NCBI GenBank assembly: GCA_964016885.1
Contig: OZ024765.1
Span: 9,920,001-9,984,000, forward strand
Direction: 5' to 3'
From: Eledone cirrhosa
Taxonomy: Eukaryota
DNA: 64,000 bases
Shown here: one piece after another, positions 1 to 12,469 of the stretch
Position numbering within the stretch: position 1 is the first letter of the stretch
Layout of the letters: each line of letters starts with the position of its first letter
Program-made: the position numbers and the translations under genes
Notes under the pieces: generated by a model
Seen by the model: the letters and a program-made list of their open reading frames with translations, nothing else
Told to the model about the DNA's origin: nothing
Databases searched by the model: none

Positions 1-219
1 TCCTAAACAGACATATATAATGGCCGATTGAACACACGAGCTTTTTTCTCGTATTTGTCACTTCTAATTTTCTATTCTTATATTTCTCGTTCTACCTTTT
101 GACAAAGGACTGGTGTCCGAAATGTTAAAGTTCTTTTCCTACTATATCAAGCGTTAAACTAATATATTTCTTCGTTGTATCGTATTGTTTGCTTTGTTGT
201 TTCCTTTTACTTTTCACAC

Positions 220-250
<31 letters not shown>

Positions 251-505
251 GAGAGAGAGAGATAGAGGGGAGGAGAGAGAGAGATAGAGGGGAGGAGAGA
301 GAGAGATAGAGGGGAGGAGAGAGAGAGGGGAGAGAAAGAGAGTGAATATGGAGAGGGGGTGGGGAAATGAAGTGGATGCGGTACCATAAATAGCTGGAAG
401 GTAAATAGACATCAAAGAGTTTGGAGCTTGGAAAAGGAGGAAAGAAGTAGATAGAGAGATAAATATAGCCGCGTGGATGGATATATATATATATATAATA
501 TATAT

Positions 506-553
<48 letters not shown>

Positions 554-599
554 CATGATAAATACAAAGTCCAGAATCCGGAGAGGACTTGATAAGGGT

Positions 600-658
<59 letters not shown>

Positions 659-662
659 AAAC

Positions 663-693
<31 letters not shown>

Positions 694-703
694 TATGTAT
701 GTG

Positions 704-735
<32 letters not shown>

Positions 736-788
736 ATTTGAACGCATATATGTATATATCTGAGCTTGTCTCTCTTTATTATATTATA

Positions 789-975
789 GTGGATTGGCAG
801 AATCGGTAGAGGGTCGGACGCCATGCTTTGACGCATAGAGTTACGGCCCTTTCCATTCTGAGTTCAAATCCCGCGGAGGTTAACTTTGCCTTTCATCCTT
901 ACGGCGTCGATAAAATAAAGTACCAGTAATGCACTGGGTAATTGCTGGCCTTGTGCCTAAAGTAGAAACAATTAT
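789..975 (+). mobile_element. tRNA-derived SINE with Deu/Nin-like central domain
   Basis: A-box-like tggcagaatcgg, B-box gagttcaaatcc, central actttgcctttcatccttacggxgtcgataaaataaagtacc, (ATT)-type tail; at least 7 copies in the window. Confidence 0.85.
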
Positions 976-1012
976 ATTATATTACATATACGTATATGTA
1001 TATATATGTATG

Positions 1013-1063
<51 letters not shown>

Positions 1064-1081
1064 GTATATATATATATATAT

Positions 1082-1236
1082 AACGAAGGAAATGTGGTAA
1101 GGAACCAGATGGACCATAACGCACCAAAGTACTCAATACTTAGGGTAGTAGAGTGGGTAACAGGATAAAAATGTTCATTTAGTCCAGAATTAGCCGTCGA
1201 AACGGCTTGAGCTCAGCCGTCGGGGTCCTACTCGTT

Positions 1237-1240
<4 letters not shown>
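1082..1240. mobile_element. (TA)n-embedded inverted element, family A (Penelope-like pLTR derivative, inferred)
   Basis: Homologous copies at 3165-3372, 56392-56616, 57058-57180 and 58763-58970, all adjoining (TA)n. Confidence 0.7.
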
Positions 1241-1279
<39 letters not shown>

Positions 1280-1280
1280 G

Positions 1281-1343
<63 letters not shown>

Positions 1344-1948
1344 GTATATATATATGTATACATATACATATATACATATATATGTATATATATATATATG
1401 TATATATATATGTATACATATACATATATATATACATATATATGTATATATATATGTATACATATACATATATATATACATATATATATACATATATATA
1501 TGTATATATATACATATATATATACATATATATATACATATATATATGTATATATATACATATATATATACATATATATATATATACATATATATATGTA
1601 TATATATACATATATATATACATATATATAAATATATATATACATATATATATACATATATATATACATATATATATACATATATATATACATATATATA
1701 TACATATATATATACATATATATATACATATATATATACATATATATATGTATATATATACATATATATATACATATATATACATATATATATACATATA
1801 TATATATACATATATATATACATATATATATACATATATATATATACATATATATATACATATATATATACATATATATATACATATATATACATATATA
1901 TATACATATATATATGTATATATATATATGTATATATATACATATCTA

Positions 1949-2025
<77 letters not shown>

Positions 2026-2045
2026 TAGAGAGAGATAGAGAGAGA
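1238..2045. repeat. (TA)n/(TATACA) and (GA)n microsatellite block; similar blocks at 3520-4490, 7660-8290, 23760-24410, 26490-26830, 53870-54100 and 59280-60235
   Basis: Read directly. Confidence 0.97.
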
Positions 2046-2319
2046 GGAGTGGGTGATGGATATATACGAATATATGGTGGAGGTGGTGATGGTATTACTG
2101 ATAGCGATGATGATGATGATGTCGATGATGATGATAGATGGAGGAGTAGGATGAGAAGAAAATGGATGATTTAACGCCTCGCTGGTTGTTGAGATTTGAT
2201 CGTCGTCGGATCAGTTTTAAATGGTTGAAACACGCATGCGTAATGAAGGAGAACCTCAAAAGATCAAATCTGCGGCTGAAGAGATGGCAAAGGGGGGTGA
2301 GAGATGTGGGGGGGGGGCA

Positions 2320-2790
2320 TTGGTGGTGGTGATTGTGGTAGTAGTAGTGGTGGTGGTAGTGGTAGTGGTGGTGGTGGTGGTGGTAGAGGTAGTGGTGGTG
2401 GTAGTGGTGATAGTAGTGGTGGTGGTGGTAGTGGTGGTGGTGGTGATTGTGGTGGTGGTGGTGGTAGTGGTGGTGGTGGTGATAGTAGTGGTGGTGGTGG
2501 TGGTGGTGATTGTGGTGGTGGTGGTGGTGATTGTGGTGGTGGTGGTGGTGGTGGTAGTGGTGATAGTAGTGGTGGTAGTAGTGGTAGTGGTGGTGGTAGT
2601 GGTGGTGGTGGTAGTGGTGATAGTAGAAGTGGTGGTAGTGGTGGTGGTAGTGGTGGAGGTGGTGGTGATTGTGGTGGTGATGGTGGTGGTGATAGTAGAA
2701 GTGGTGGTAGTGGTAGTGCTGGTGGTGATTGTGGTGGTGATAGTAGTGGTGGTGGTAGTGGTGGTGGTATTTTTTGTGGTGATGTGGTGA
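2320..2790. repeat. Degenerate (GGT)n tract
   Basis: Read directly. Confidence 0.95.
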
Positions 2791-3127
2791 TGCTCGTGGT
2801 CAAGATAGATGCGGCGACGCTGGGGGGGGGGTAGTGTTGGTGGTAGCTGTGGTGGAGGGGAGAGAACACTCAAACGCTAGAAACCACAGAAAGACAAAAA
2901 TGCCACAACGAACACGAACGAACACGAACGAACACGAACTAAAGTACTCTGCGGTTACAAAAGTGAACTTTTCCAGAAACATAAGAAGCGCAAAGAGTTA
3001 AAACAACAACAACAAAGAAGGAAGGAATGCCTGAAAGAAAAACACAAAGAAAAGAGCTTTCAAGAGATAATAAAAAAAAAATTAAAACAAAAATGCTTTC
3101 AAAAGCCCCAAAATATGGAAAAAGTAG

Positions 3128-3164
<37 letters not shown>

Positions 3165-3168
<4 letters not shown>

Positions 3169-3369
3169 AACGAGTAGGACCCCGACGGCTGAGCGCAAGC
3201 CGTTTCGACGGCTAATTCGACGGCTAATTCTAGTCCAGAATTAGCCGTCGAAACGGCTTGCGCTCAGCCGTCGGGGTCCTACTCGTTCCTATTACCCACT
3301 CTACTACCCTAAGTATTGAGTACTTTGGTGCGTTATGGTCCACCTGGTTCCTTACCACATTTCCTTCGT

Positions 3370-3372
<3 letters not shown>
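3165..3372. mobile_element. Family A fold-back element
   Basis: taggaacgagtaggaccccgacggctgagcgcaagccgtttcgacggctaattc and its reverse complement, followed by a unique tail and (TA)n. Confidence 0.75.
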
Positions 3373-3416
<44 letters not shown>

Positions 3417-3878
3417 GGTAAATAGAAATAATAACACAATCAGTACATTATATGGAAGGAATATATTAGTTTAACGCTTGAAATAGCAGGACGAGGGTCT
3501 TAACGTTTCGGACACTAGTCTTTATATATATATATAGAGAGAGAGAGAGAGGGAGAGGGAGGGGGGGAGAAAGATACACAGAAATGGAGAGAGAAAGAGA
3601 TTGAGAGATAGGTAGAGAGAGAGAGAAGTAGAGAGAAAGAGATTGAAAGAGAGAGAGAGGCAGAGAGAGAGAGGAGAACGAGAGTGTGTGTGTATGTCTG
3701 TGTGTGTGTGTGTCTCTGTGTGTGTGTGTCTGTGTGTGTATGTGTGTGGCTGTGTGTGTGTGTGTGTGTGTGTGTGGCTGTGTGTGTATGTGTGTGTGTG
3801 TGTCTGTGTATGTGTGTGTGTGTGTGTGGCTGTGTGTCTGTGTATGTGTGGCTGTGTGTCTGTGTGTGTGTGGCTGTG

Positions 3879-3911
<33 letters not shown>

Positions 3912-4534
3912 ATGGCTGTGTGTGATTGAGGAGAAGGAGAAAGAAGAGGGCGAAGAAGGGAAAGATTTTCTACAAGGTAAAATGGCGGCTTTGGTTGAAC
4001 ATTGAAGTGGCTTTTGCGTGTGTAGTATGTGTGTGTGTGTGTGTGTGTAGCGTGTGTGTCTGGTGTGTGTGTGTGTATGTGTGTGTGTAGCGTGTGTGTG
4101 AGGTGTGTTTGTGTCTAGCGTGTGTGTGTGGTGTGTGTGTGTAGCGTGTGTGTGTGGTGTGTGTGGTGTGTGTGTGTGGTGTGTGTGTAGCGTGTGTGTG
4201 TATATATAGCGTGTGTATATGTATAGCATGTGTGTGTGTATGTATGGGTTGGAGTGTGTATGTATATAGCGTGTGTGTATATATATATATATATGGGTGT
4301 ATGGTGTATGTATGTGTTTAAGTGTGAGTTTGTAAATATATGTGTGTAACTGGAGGTCTCTATGTGTGTGTGTGTGTGCGTCTGTGTGTGTGTGTGCGTC
4401 TGTGTGTGTGTGTGTGTGCGTCTCTCTGTGTGTGTGCGTCTCTATGTGTGTGTGTGTGTGTCTCTATGTGTGTGTGTGTGCATATATATAAATAAGTAAA
4501 ATCTGCAGAAACATCACGAACAATTTTCTTCCCC

Positions 4535-5718
4535 TCCTCCACCACCATCAACACCACCACCACCTCCACAGCCACCATCACCACCACCATCACCATCAAC
4601 ACCACCACCACCTCCACAACCACCATCACCACCATCAACACCACCACCACCACCATCAACACCACCATCAACACCACCACCTCCATCACCATCAACACCA
4701 CCACCACCACCTCCACAGCCACCATCACCACCACCACCACCATCAACACCAACATCACCATCACCACCATCAACACCACCACCACCATCACCATCAACAC
4801 CACCATCAACACCACCACCTCCATCACCATCAACACCACCACCTCCATCACAATCAACACCACCACCACCTCCACAGCCACCATCACCACCACCACCACC
4901 ATCACAATCAACACCACCACCACCTCCACAGCCACCATCACCACCACCACCACCACCACCATCAACACCACCACCACCTCCACAGCCACCATCACCACCA
5001 CCATCAACACCACCACCACCTCCACAGCCACCATCACCACCACCATCACAATCAACACCACCACCTCCACCATCACCACCACCACCACCACCACCATCAA
5101 CACCACCACCACCTCCACAGCCACCATCACCACCACCACAATCAACACCACCACCACCACCTCCACCATCACCACCACCACCACCACCACCACCATCACC
5201 ACCACCTCCACCACCACCACCACCATCACAATCAACACCACCACCACCACCTCCACAGCCACCACCACCTCCACAGCCACCATCACCACCACCACCACCA
5301 TCACAATCAACACCACCACCACCACCTCCATCACCACCACCACCACCACCACCACCATCACCACCACCATCACCACCACCACCACCTCCACAGCCACCAT
5401 CACCACCACCACCACCACCATCACAATCAACACCACCTCCACAGCCACCATCACCACCACCACCACCACCACCATCAACACCACCACCACCTCCACAGCC
5501 ACCATCACCACCACCACCACCATCAACACCACAACCACCTCCACAGCCACCATCACCACCACCACCACCACCATCACAATCAACACCACCTCCACAGCCA
5601 CCATCACCACCACCACCACCATCACAATCAACACCACCACCACCACCTCCACCATCACCACCACCACCACCACCACCACCACCACCACCATCACCACCAC
5701 CATCACCACCACCACCAC
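4535..5718. repeat. Degenerate (CCA)n tract with recurring sub-motifs
   Basis: Read directly. Confidence 0.95.
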
Positions 5719-5824
5719 TCAATACAGTTTGCTGGTAGCCATTATGATGCCGTTGATAGTTATGATGATGCTCTAAGGCGCTTTCTTCTGTAGTCTTTTT
5801 AACGTTTTGATGTTCCTACTTGAC

Positions 5825-5861
<37 letters not shown>

Positions 5862-6087
5862 CCCCCCCTCTCTCTCTATCTCTCCCACCCATTATCTCTC
5901 TCTCTGTCCCCCTCTCTCTCTTCCTCCCACTCACTCTCTCTTTCTCTCTCTGTTCCTCCCCCACCCACTATCATTCTCTCTCAACCTATGTCTCTATCAT
6001 TCTCCCCCTCTCTATCCGCCTCTCTCTCTATCTCTCATTCTCTCTCTCTCTCCAACCACACATATATACATATATGTGTGAGTGTAA

Positions 6088-6760
6088 ATGTGTGTGTGAG
6101 AAGGAGTGTGTATGTGTGAGAAGGAGTGTGTATGTGTGAGAAGGAGTGTGTGTGTGTGAGAAGGAGTGTGTGTGAGAAGGAGTGTGTGTGTGTATGTGTG
6201 AGAAGGAGTGTGTGAGAAGGAGTGTGTGTGTGTGAGAAGGTGTGTGTGTGTGAAGGAGTGTGTGTGTGTGTGTGAAGGAGTGCGTGTGTGTGTCTGTGAG
6301 AAGGAGTGTGTATGTGAGAAGGAGTGTGTGTGCGTGTGTGTGAGAAGGAGTGCGTATGTGAGAAGGAGTGTGTGTGTGTGTGAGAAGGAGTGTGTGTGTG
6401 TGAGAAGGAGTGTGTGTGTGTATGTGTGAGAAGGTGTGTGTGTGTGTGAGAAGGTGTGTGTGTGTGTGAAGGAGTGTGTGTGTGAGAAGGAGTGTGTATG
6501 TGTGAGAAGGAGTGTGTGTGTGTGAGAAGGAGTGTGTGTGAGAAGGAGTGTGTGTGTGTATGTGTGAGAAGGAGTGTGTGAGAAGGAGTGTGTGTGTGTG
6601 AGAAGGAGTGTGTGTGTGTGAGAAGGAGTGTGTGTGTGTATGTGTGAGAAGGTGTGTGTGTGTGTGAGAAGGTGTGTGTGTGTGTGAAGGAGTGTGTGTG
6701 TGAGAAGGAGTGTGTGAGAAGGAGTGTGTGTGTGTGTATGTGTGAGAAGGTGTGTGTGTG
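6088..6760. repeat. Compound (GT)n-gagaagga repeat
   Basis: Read directly. Confidence 0.95.
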
Positions 6761-6819
6761 TATACACTTTTTACCTATTGAGACTTCTGTAAAATTATCA
6801 ATATTTCATGCAGTCTTCA

Positions 6820-6892
<73 letters not shown>

Positions 6893-7252
6893 GACATATA
6901 TGTATACATTCACACAAACACACACTCACACACACACACTCACACTCACACACACACACACACACACTCACAGCAATGTTTCTTTTATCAAATATTGCCT
7001 CCCAAATACTTAACGCCAAAGAAACAACTTCAACAACAAGAACAACATCAAAAACTATTAAAAAAATACTACAAAACAAACAACAACAACAAAACAACGA
7101 AACAACGAAACAATTCTTTCATTTTTATACCCCCCCCCCCTCACTTCATCCCCGCCGCCGCCTCGTTCGAAACTCGTCCAGTCGTGCTTTTGTCGTTATT
7201 GTTCAAATTTCGTTTTTCGGTTTCTGTTTTTGAGATGACAATGGCGTCTTTG

Positions 7253-7623
7253 GCATTCTGCCGTAAACGACTGGATAAGTGGGCCGACGTTGGGTGACGT
7301 TCCACTTCACAGGCCACCGAAGAACGTGCTAGATCGAACGGTCAATAGATATGTTTCTTTATTAGCCACAGGGGCACAAAAGAAGGGGACAAATACAAAG
7401 GGGGAAGTTTACATACAATAAAAACGTGTAAAATATTATCACAAATGCAATTTAAAAAATTAGTCGAGTTTCCCCAATAGGGGGAGATATTACATATAGG
7501 TAACACATACCCCCGAAAAAATGTGCATTCTGCCGTAAACGACTGGATAAGTGGGCCGACGTTGGGTGACGTTCCACTTCACAGGCCACCGAAGAACGTG
7601 CGAGATCGAACGGTCAATAGATA
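7253..7623. repeat. 99-bp direct repeat flanking a 173-bp insert that resembles a LINE 3' UTR (- strand)
   Basis: 7253-7351 matches 7525-7623 with one mismatch; the insert ends ...gtggctAATAAAgaaaca on the - strand. Confidence 0.8.
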
Positions 7624-7841
7624 GATATCTACCTATCTAACAACCTAAATTTCTACCTAGAGATATATATATATATATATTTCACACACACATATATATA
7701 TATATATATACATACACACACATATATATATATGTATATATATACACTTACATACACACACACACATATATATACATATGTATACATATATATATATACA
7801 TATACATATATATGTAGGTATATATACATACATATACACAA

Positions 7842-7872
<31 letters not shown>

Positions 7873-8213
7873 TATGTATGTATATATACATACATATACA
7901 CAAACATATATATATATATATATACATATATATGTATGTATATATACATACATATACTCAAACATATATATATATAGATATACACACACACACATTTATA
8001 TACAGACATATATATATATATACACCTACATATACATGCACATATATATATATAAATACATACATATATACATACATACACACACACACACACATATATA
8101 TACATACACACACACACATATGTATACATACACACACACACACACATATATATACATACACACACACACACACATATATATACATACACACACACACACA
8201 CATATATATACAT

Positions 8214-8288
<75 letters not shown>

Positions 8289-8289
8289 T

Positions 8290-8531
8290 GTTTTGAAACA
8301 GTGAGCAGGTTTGAAATTAGAAAATAGAATAGCTTTCACCGTATTTTTTGGCTAAAGAAATTTTAGTCTGATAATGGGGTTTAGAACCCTTAGAGATATG
8401 GAAAAAGATGAGTATTGACGTTCATGTACGTCAATACTCATCTTTTTCCATTTCTCTGAGGGTTCTAAACCCCATTATCAGACTAAAATTTCTTTAATCA
8501 AAAAATACGGTGAAAGCTATTCTATTTTCTA
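8290..8531. repeat. ~105-bp-arm near-perfect palindrome in (TA)n
   Basis: tagaaaatagaatagc...attgacgt-tcatgt-acgtcaat...gctattctattttcta; single-arm relatives at about 52255-52385 and 60612-60700. Confidence 0.85.
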
Positions 8532-8622
8532 TATACATATATATATATATATATAGTACCAAGAGTTTCCGAAGATTAGATGAAGGGAAGAGGGTGCTCT
8601 ATATATTGTACATAACCATTAT

Positions 8623-8810
8623 TGGATTGGCAGTATCGGTAGAGGGTCGGACGCCATGCTTTGACGCATAGAGTTACGGCCCTTGCCATTCTGAGTTCAA
8701 ATCCCGCCGAGGTTAACTTTGCCTTTCATCCTTACGGGGTCGATAAAATAAATACCAGTAATGCATTGGGATAATTGCTGGCCTTGTGCCAAAAGTAGAA
8801 ACAATTATAT
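8623..8810 (+). mobile_element. Same SINE family
   Basis: Near-identical to 789-975. Confidence 0.85.
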
Positions 8811-9984
8811 AACTTTTAAAAAGAAATGTCTGCTACCTCAGGTTTCATATATTCCTACTGCAACAATGTATTGGTGCATTTTCTCATTTTCTACAATTTC
8901 TTTCTATCAAAACTTCAACCAATTTTATTCATGTCTGTTTATACTCCTCTTTATTTCATTTTCTTCCAGATCTTTGTCGGGTGATGTAAACCACGTGATA
9001 TATTTCTCGAATCCACAGCCAATCAAATCAAATATTTTTACACATCATAGCATACGCTTTTTACTGCTGCAGAAAAAAATAATAGAACACAGTGAGGTTG
9101 TCCCGTAACTCCTGATAGAGTCAAAAGGGGCGCCATATTGACATACGGCGTTTCTTGGACATTTTAAGCCTGGCGGAGCCCATCCTTCTCCATGCCGGAG
9201 TACATCATCATGACCACCACTATCATCATCAACAACAACGCTCGACTGAAGTAGCAGACGACCACGATCATACTCTTCCCAACACAACTTTCATAATCCC
9301 TTAATTTGCTGGAACACAACTTAACAAAGGTTCTTGCATAAAATTGTGATGGAAGATTTCGTATCCATATTTCTAATGAAAGACGTTGCCTGCAATTTCC
9401 AAGCAATTTTCAAGCAATTTTTAAAATAATCAAAAATCCAAAGAGATTTCGTAATATAACTAACCTGTTGTTAAGCTGGTGTTTGGAACGATACTTAACA
9501 AAGGTTATTACATAAAATTATGATGGAAGGTTTTTAGATAAACACACACACACACACATATATGTTTATATATATATATATTTATATATGGTACATATAT
9601 AGATATATATATATATATATATAAAGACACACAAAACATTCTATCCGACCTTCTAACAACTCTGCCAATTCGTCGCCTATTTGATATAAATACACACACT
9701 TTAAAACAAACTGTTTTTGTTTTACAATTATACAACTATAAAACCAAGAGCTATTTCGGAAGATTTGGTATGAAAAAGGGGGGTTTTAATAGTTGGAGAA
9801 AAAAAAATTACCCAAAAAACCAAAACTCCCCCCAAAATACAGAGTTCGATTCTTTGTAGCAGCTGCTGGCCACTTTTTTCAGTTTATTGGGGTATTTTAC
9901 CCGATTTTCTAAACTATTATTTATAACATTCGACTGTGTTCACAGTTATTTTCTATATTTACTAAAAAAAAAAAAAAAAAAAAA

Positions 9985-12141
9985 ATGTTGACGAATAATT
10001 TTTTGAATCCTTTCCTATCTCGGCCGTTCTTGGAACTTCACAATAAAACCAATCTCCCTTTCTTGACCGTCCATAATAGACTGGACAGCTTCGGAACAAA
10101 CTGTTTATCCGACAAACCATGCATTCCCCACCTCTCGCATATATCTCTACAGCAGTACCAGATCCAACAACAACAACAACAACAACAGCAGCACCACCAC
10201 CACTCTCCTTTTTGGTTCATCCCGCCTCACTACCGCCACCAACCACCCCATTTTCCACCCATATACACCGCCGATCCCATGCTGCCGATCACTCGACGGA
10301 TTCTTTCAGTTAACCCTTCGATCTGCAGCCCGTATCTACCGCAGGCTGCTTGCAGTAGTAAACCCTCCCTCGGGGTTTTCGGGCGCAGTAAGAGCAACAC
10401 GAGTAACCCGAGCGATGTGGATCGTCTGCATAGTACTCATAATACGAAAGCCCCCATAGCAAACAACAGCAACGGAAGTTTGAATCAGAGGAGCTTGGGT
10501 TTGGACACCATCGGCAGCAGTAGTTTCTCTTACTTCCAGGGCAGAGAGAAGAGTGAACGGGGTCGGAAGACCTTCCTATGTCCACAGTGTCATTATGTAA
10601 CTGATAGAAAGAACAATTTGAAGCGCCACATCATCACAATGCACCAAGAGTGTGCCAAAGTCTTAGAGTGTTGTGGCTTCGTGTTTCGCAGTAAAGCTTC
10701 GCTAAGAGAGCACGTCAGTCTCTTCCACAGCACCGGTTACGGTTGTCGCATTTGCGGGCGCAACTTCTGTCGGAAGGCCCTTCTACGACGCCACCTTTCA
10801 GTGCACAGCGGTCAGAAGGACTTCCTCTGTCCCTTTTGCAGCTATGCTACAAGCCACAAAAGCAATTTGGAACGCCATCAAAAGGTACACAGCAAAAAGA
10901 ATAGCAACTCTTACGATCACGCCAGCATTATTGAGCTGAGCTCGGATCTGACCAAAACCGAAGATGAACGCCAGTTCAAAGACGATTCGCTGGGATCACA
11001 AAGCTTTCCCATGACCAACAAAAACAACGACAACAACAACAACCACCACGAAAACAATGACAACAACAACAACAATAGTAATAATAGTAATAACGACAAT
11101 GAAAGTTTTCTCCGTCAACCGCAATCTGTCGACACGAAAGGAGAAAGCGAAGCCCCTTCCCGTCTCAGGAAGCTTTTCCTGCACGATAGATTGAACCAGA
11201 CTTATTCGGAGGTGGCTCACGAATTGAACCAGGGTAGTGTCAGCGCCAGAGATTTCTTTTACCAGTTGATGAACCAAAGCAAGCGTTTCAAAAATGTCGC
11301 CTCACGCACTTTGAACGACGAACGCGAACACAACGACGAAGAAGAAGATGGTGGTGACGACGGCGGCGACGGCGACAACGACGACGACGAAGACAGAAAA
11401 ACAATCAAACGCAAAACTCCGCGGATATTCATGGCGACTTATAAATGTATAGACTGCAGAAACATTTTCTCGCACCAGAGCCTCTTGAATTCGCATACCT
11501 GCCTAAAGAACCGACATTACGAAGACAGTTACCTGCCGATAATACACCCGCTGGCAAGGAGACAGGTTTCCACGTCGAATCGCGTCTGGCATGATTCAGA
11601 TCTCGTCTGCATTGATCCAGTGGTCAAGCGAAGTAAGCTCAACGTCCACGTTGAATCAGAATCATTCGAAAGAAATACAACAATAGCAGCAACAGCAACA
11701 GCAACAAGAACAGTGGCAACAGAATTTGGCAATTCAGCTGCTCCTGGACTTGATGTCAATTTGATCTCAAAGTCAGACTCAAAAATTTCTTGTACGACGA
11801 CGACGACAGAAGTCGAGAGTGAAGATAAAGAAGCTAAGAAGGACTTTGTCACCGACGCTGATAAGACACACAGCAACAACAAAACCCCAAGACTCCAAGT
11901 AGAAGAAGCAGGAGAAGATGAACAAGAAGAAGACAATTCAGAGAATGTTATAAAATCAGAAGAATGCGTTAGCATTGAATATATCGATATTGATGATTCG
12001 AGTGAAGCAGACGATAGGGACACCCTTGAAGGAGATGGTAAGGCGACCGCCATTACGAGACGTTACAATGAAACAGATATTCATCATGGCCAACTGGCTG
12101 AAGAGATGAATTTACCGCCTAAGAAAAGAATATTGAAATGA
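9985..12141 (+). CDS. Intronless C2H2 zinc-finger transcription factor (718 aa): cluster of 4 fingers plus a distal C2HC-type finger, polyQ/H, N-rich and acidic low-complexity tracts, C-terminal basic motif
   Basis: Long non-repetitive ORF with FLCPQCHYVTDRKNNLKRHIITMH, LECCGFVFRSKASLREHVSLFH, YGCRICGRNFCRKALLRRHLSVH, an HSGQKDF linker, FLCPFCSYATSHKSNLERHQKVH and YKCIDCRNIFSHQSLLNSHTC; ends LPPKKRILK*. The true start codon and any 5' UTR exons are not established. Confidence 0.9.
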   Translation: MLTNNFLNPFLSRPFLELHNKTNLPFLTVHNRLDSFGTNCLSDKPCIPHLSHISLQQYQIQQQQQQQQQHHHHSPFWFIPPHYRHQPPHFPPIYTADPMLPITRRILSVNPSICSPYLPQAACSSKPSLGVFGRSKSNTSNPSDVDRLHSTHNTKAPIANNSNGSLNQRSLGLDTIGSSSFSYFQGREKSERGRKTFLCPQCHYVTDRKNNLKRHIITMHQECAKVLECCGFVFRSKASLREHVSLFHSTGYGCRICGRNFCRKALLRRHLSVHSGQKDFLCPFCSYATSHKSNLERHQKVHSKKNSNSYDHASIIELSSDLTKTEDERQFKDDSLGSQSFPMTNKNNDNNNNHHENNDNNNNNSNNSNNDNESFLRQPQSVDTKGESEAPSRLRKLFLHDRLNQTYSEVAHELNQGSVSARDFFYQLMNQSKRFKNVASRTLNDEREHNDEEEDGGDDGGDGDNDDDEDRKTIKRKTPRIFMATYKCIDCRNIFSHQSLLNSHTCLKNRHYEDSYLPIIHPLARRQVSTSNRVWHDSDLVCIDPVVKRSKLNVHVESESFERNTTIAATATATRTVATEFGNSAAPGLDVNLISKSDSKISCTTTTTEVESEDKEAKKDFVTDADKTHSNNKTPRLQVEEAGEDEQEEDNSENVIKSEECVSIEYIDIDDSSEADDRDTLEGDGKATAITRRYNETDIHHGQLAEEMNLPPKKRILK

Positions 12142-12469
12142 TGGAGATATTGTGGCCAAAAGGGGAGAGGAGAGAGAGAGAGGCAGAGAGGAAGAGAAAT
12201 AGAGAGATTCAGTAACGATCTAAACCAGGAAAAGTGATATATGGCGTGTCTTGACCGTTTAAACCTGGAAGAGCCCATCATCTGTCCTGGTCTGAACAAC
12301 CGATTTGAGAGAGAGAGGTAAGAAAAAAGAAAAAAATGAGGGGGAGAAGAACTGCACATTTATTCACACACCAAAATAAAAAATACTGGAGTTTCCCTCC
12401 AATAACTTTTGCAGCATTGCCACAGATAATACAGTAGTTATTTGTGGAGTCGCACACAGACTTTTGTTG

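Noticed and set aside
125-8339. Many long ORFs (YIYI, VCVC, poly-V/G/T/P)
   Set aside because: Translations of stop-poor micro- and trinucleotide repeats; no domain content or splice support
9045-9287. Possible small coding exon upstream of the zinc-finger gene
   Set aside because: No recognisable motif or convincing splice pair; may be UTR or regulatory DNA
10038-12053. Antisense and alternative-frame ORFs over the zinc-finger gene
   Set aside because: Shadows of low-complexity codon runs
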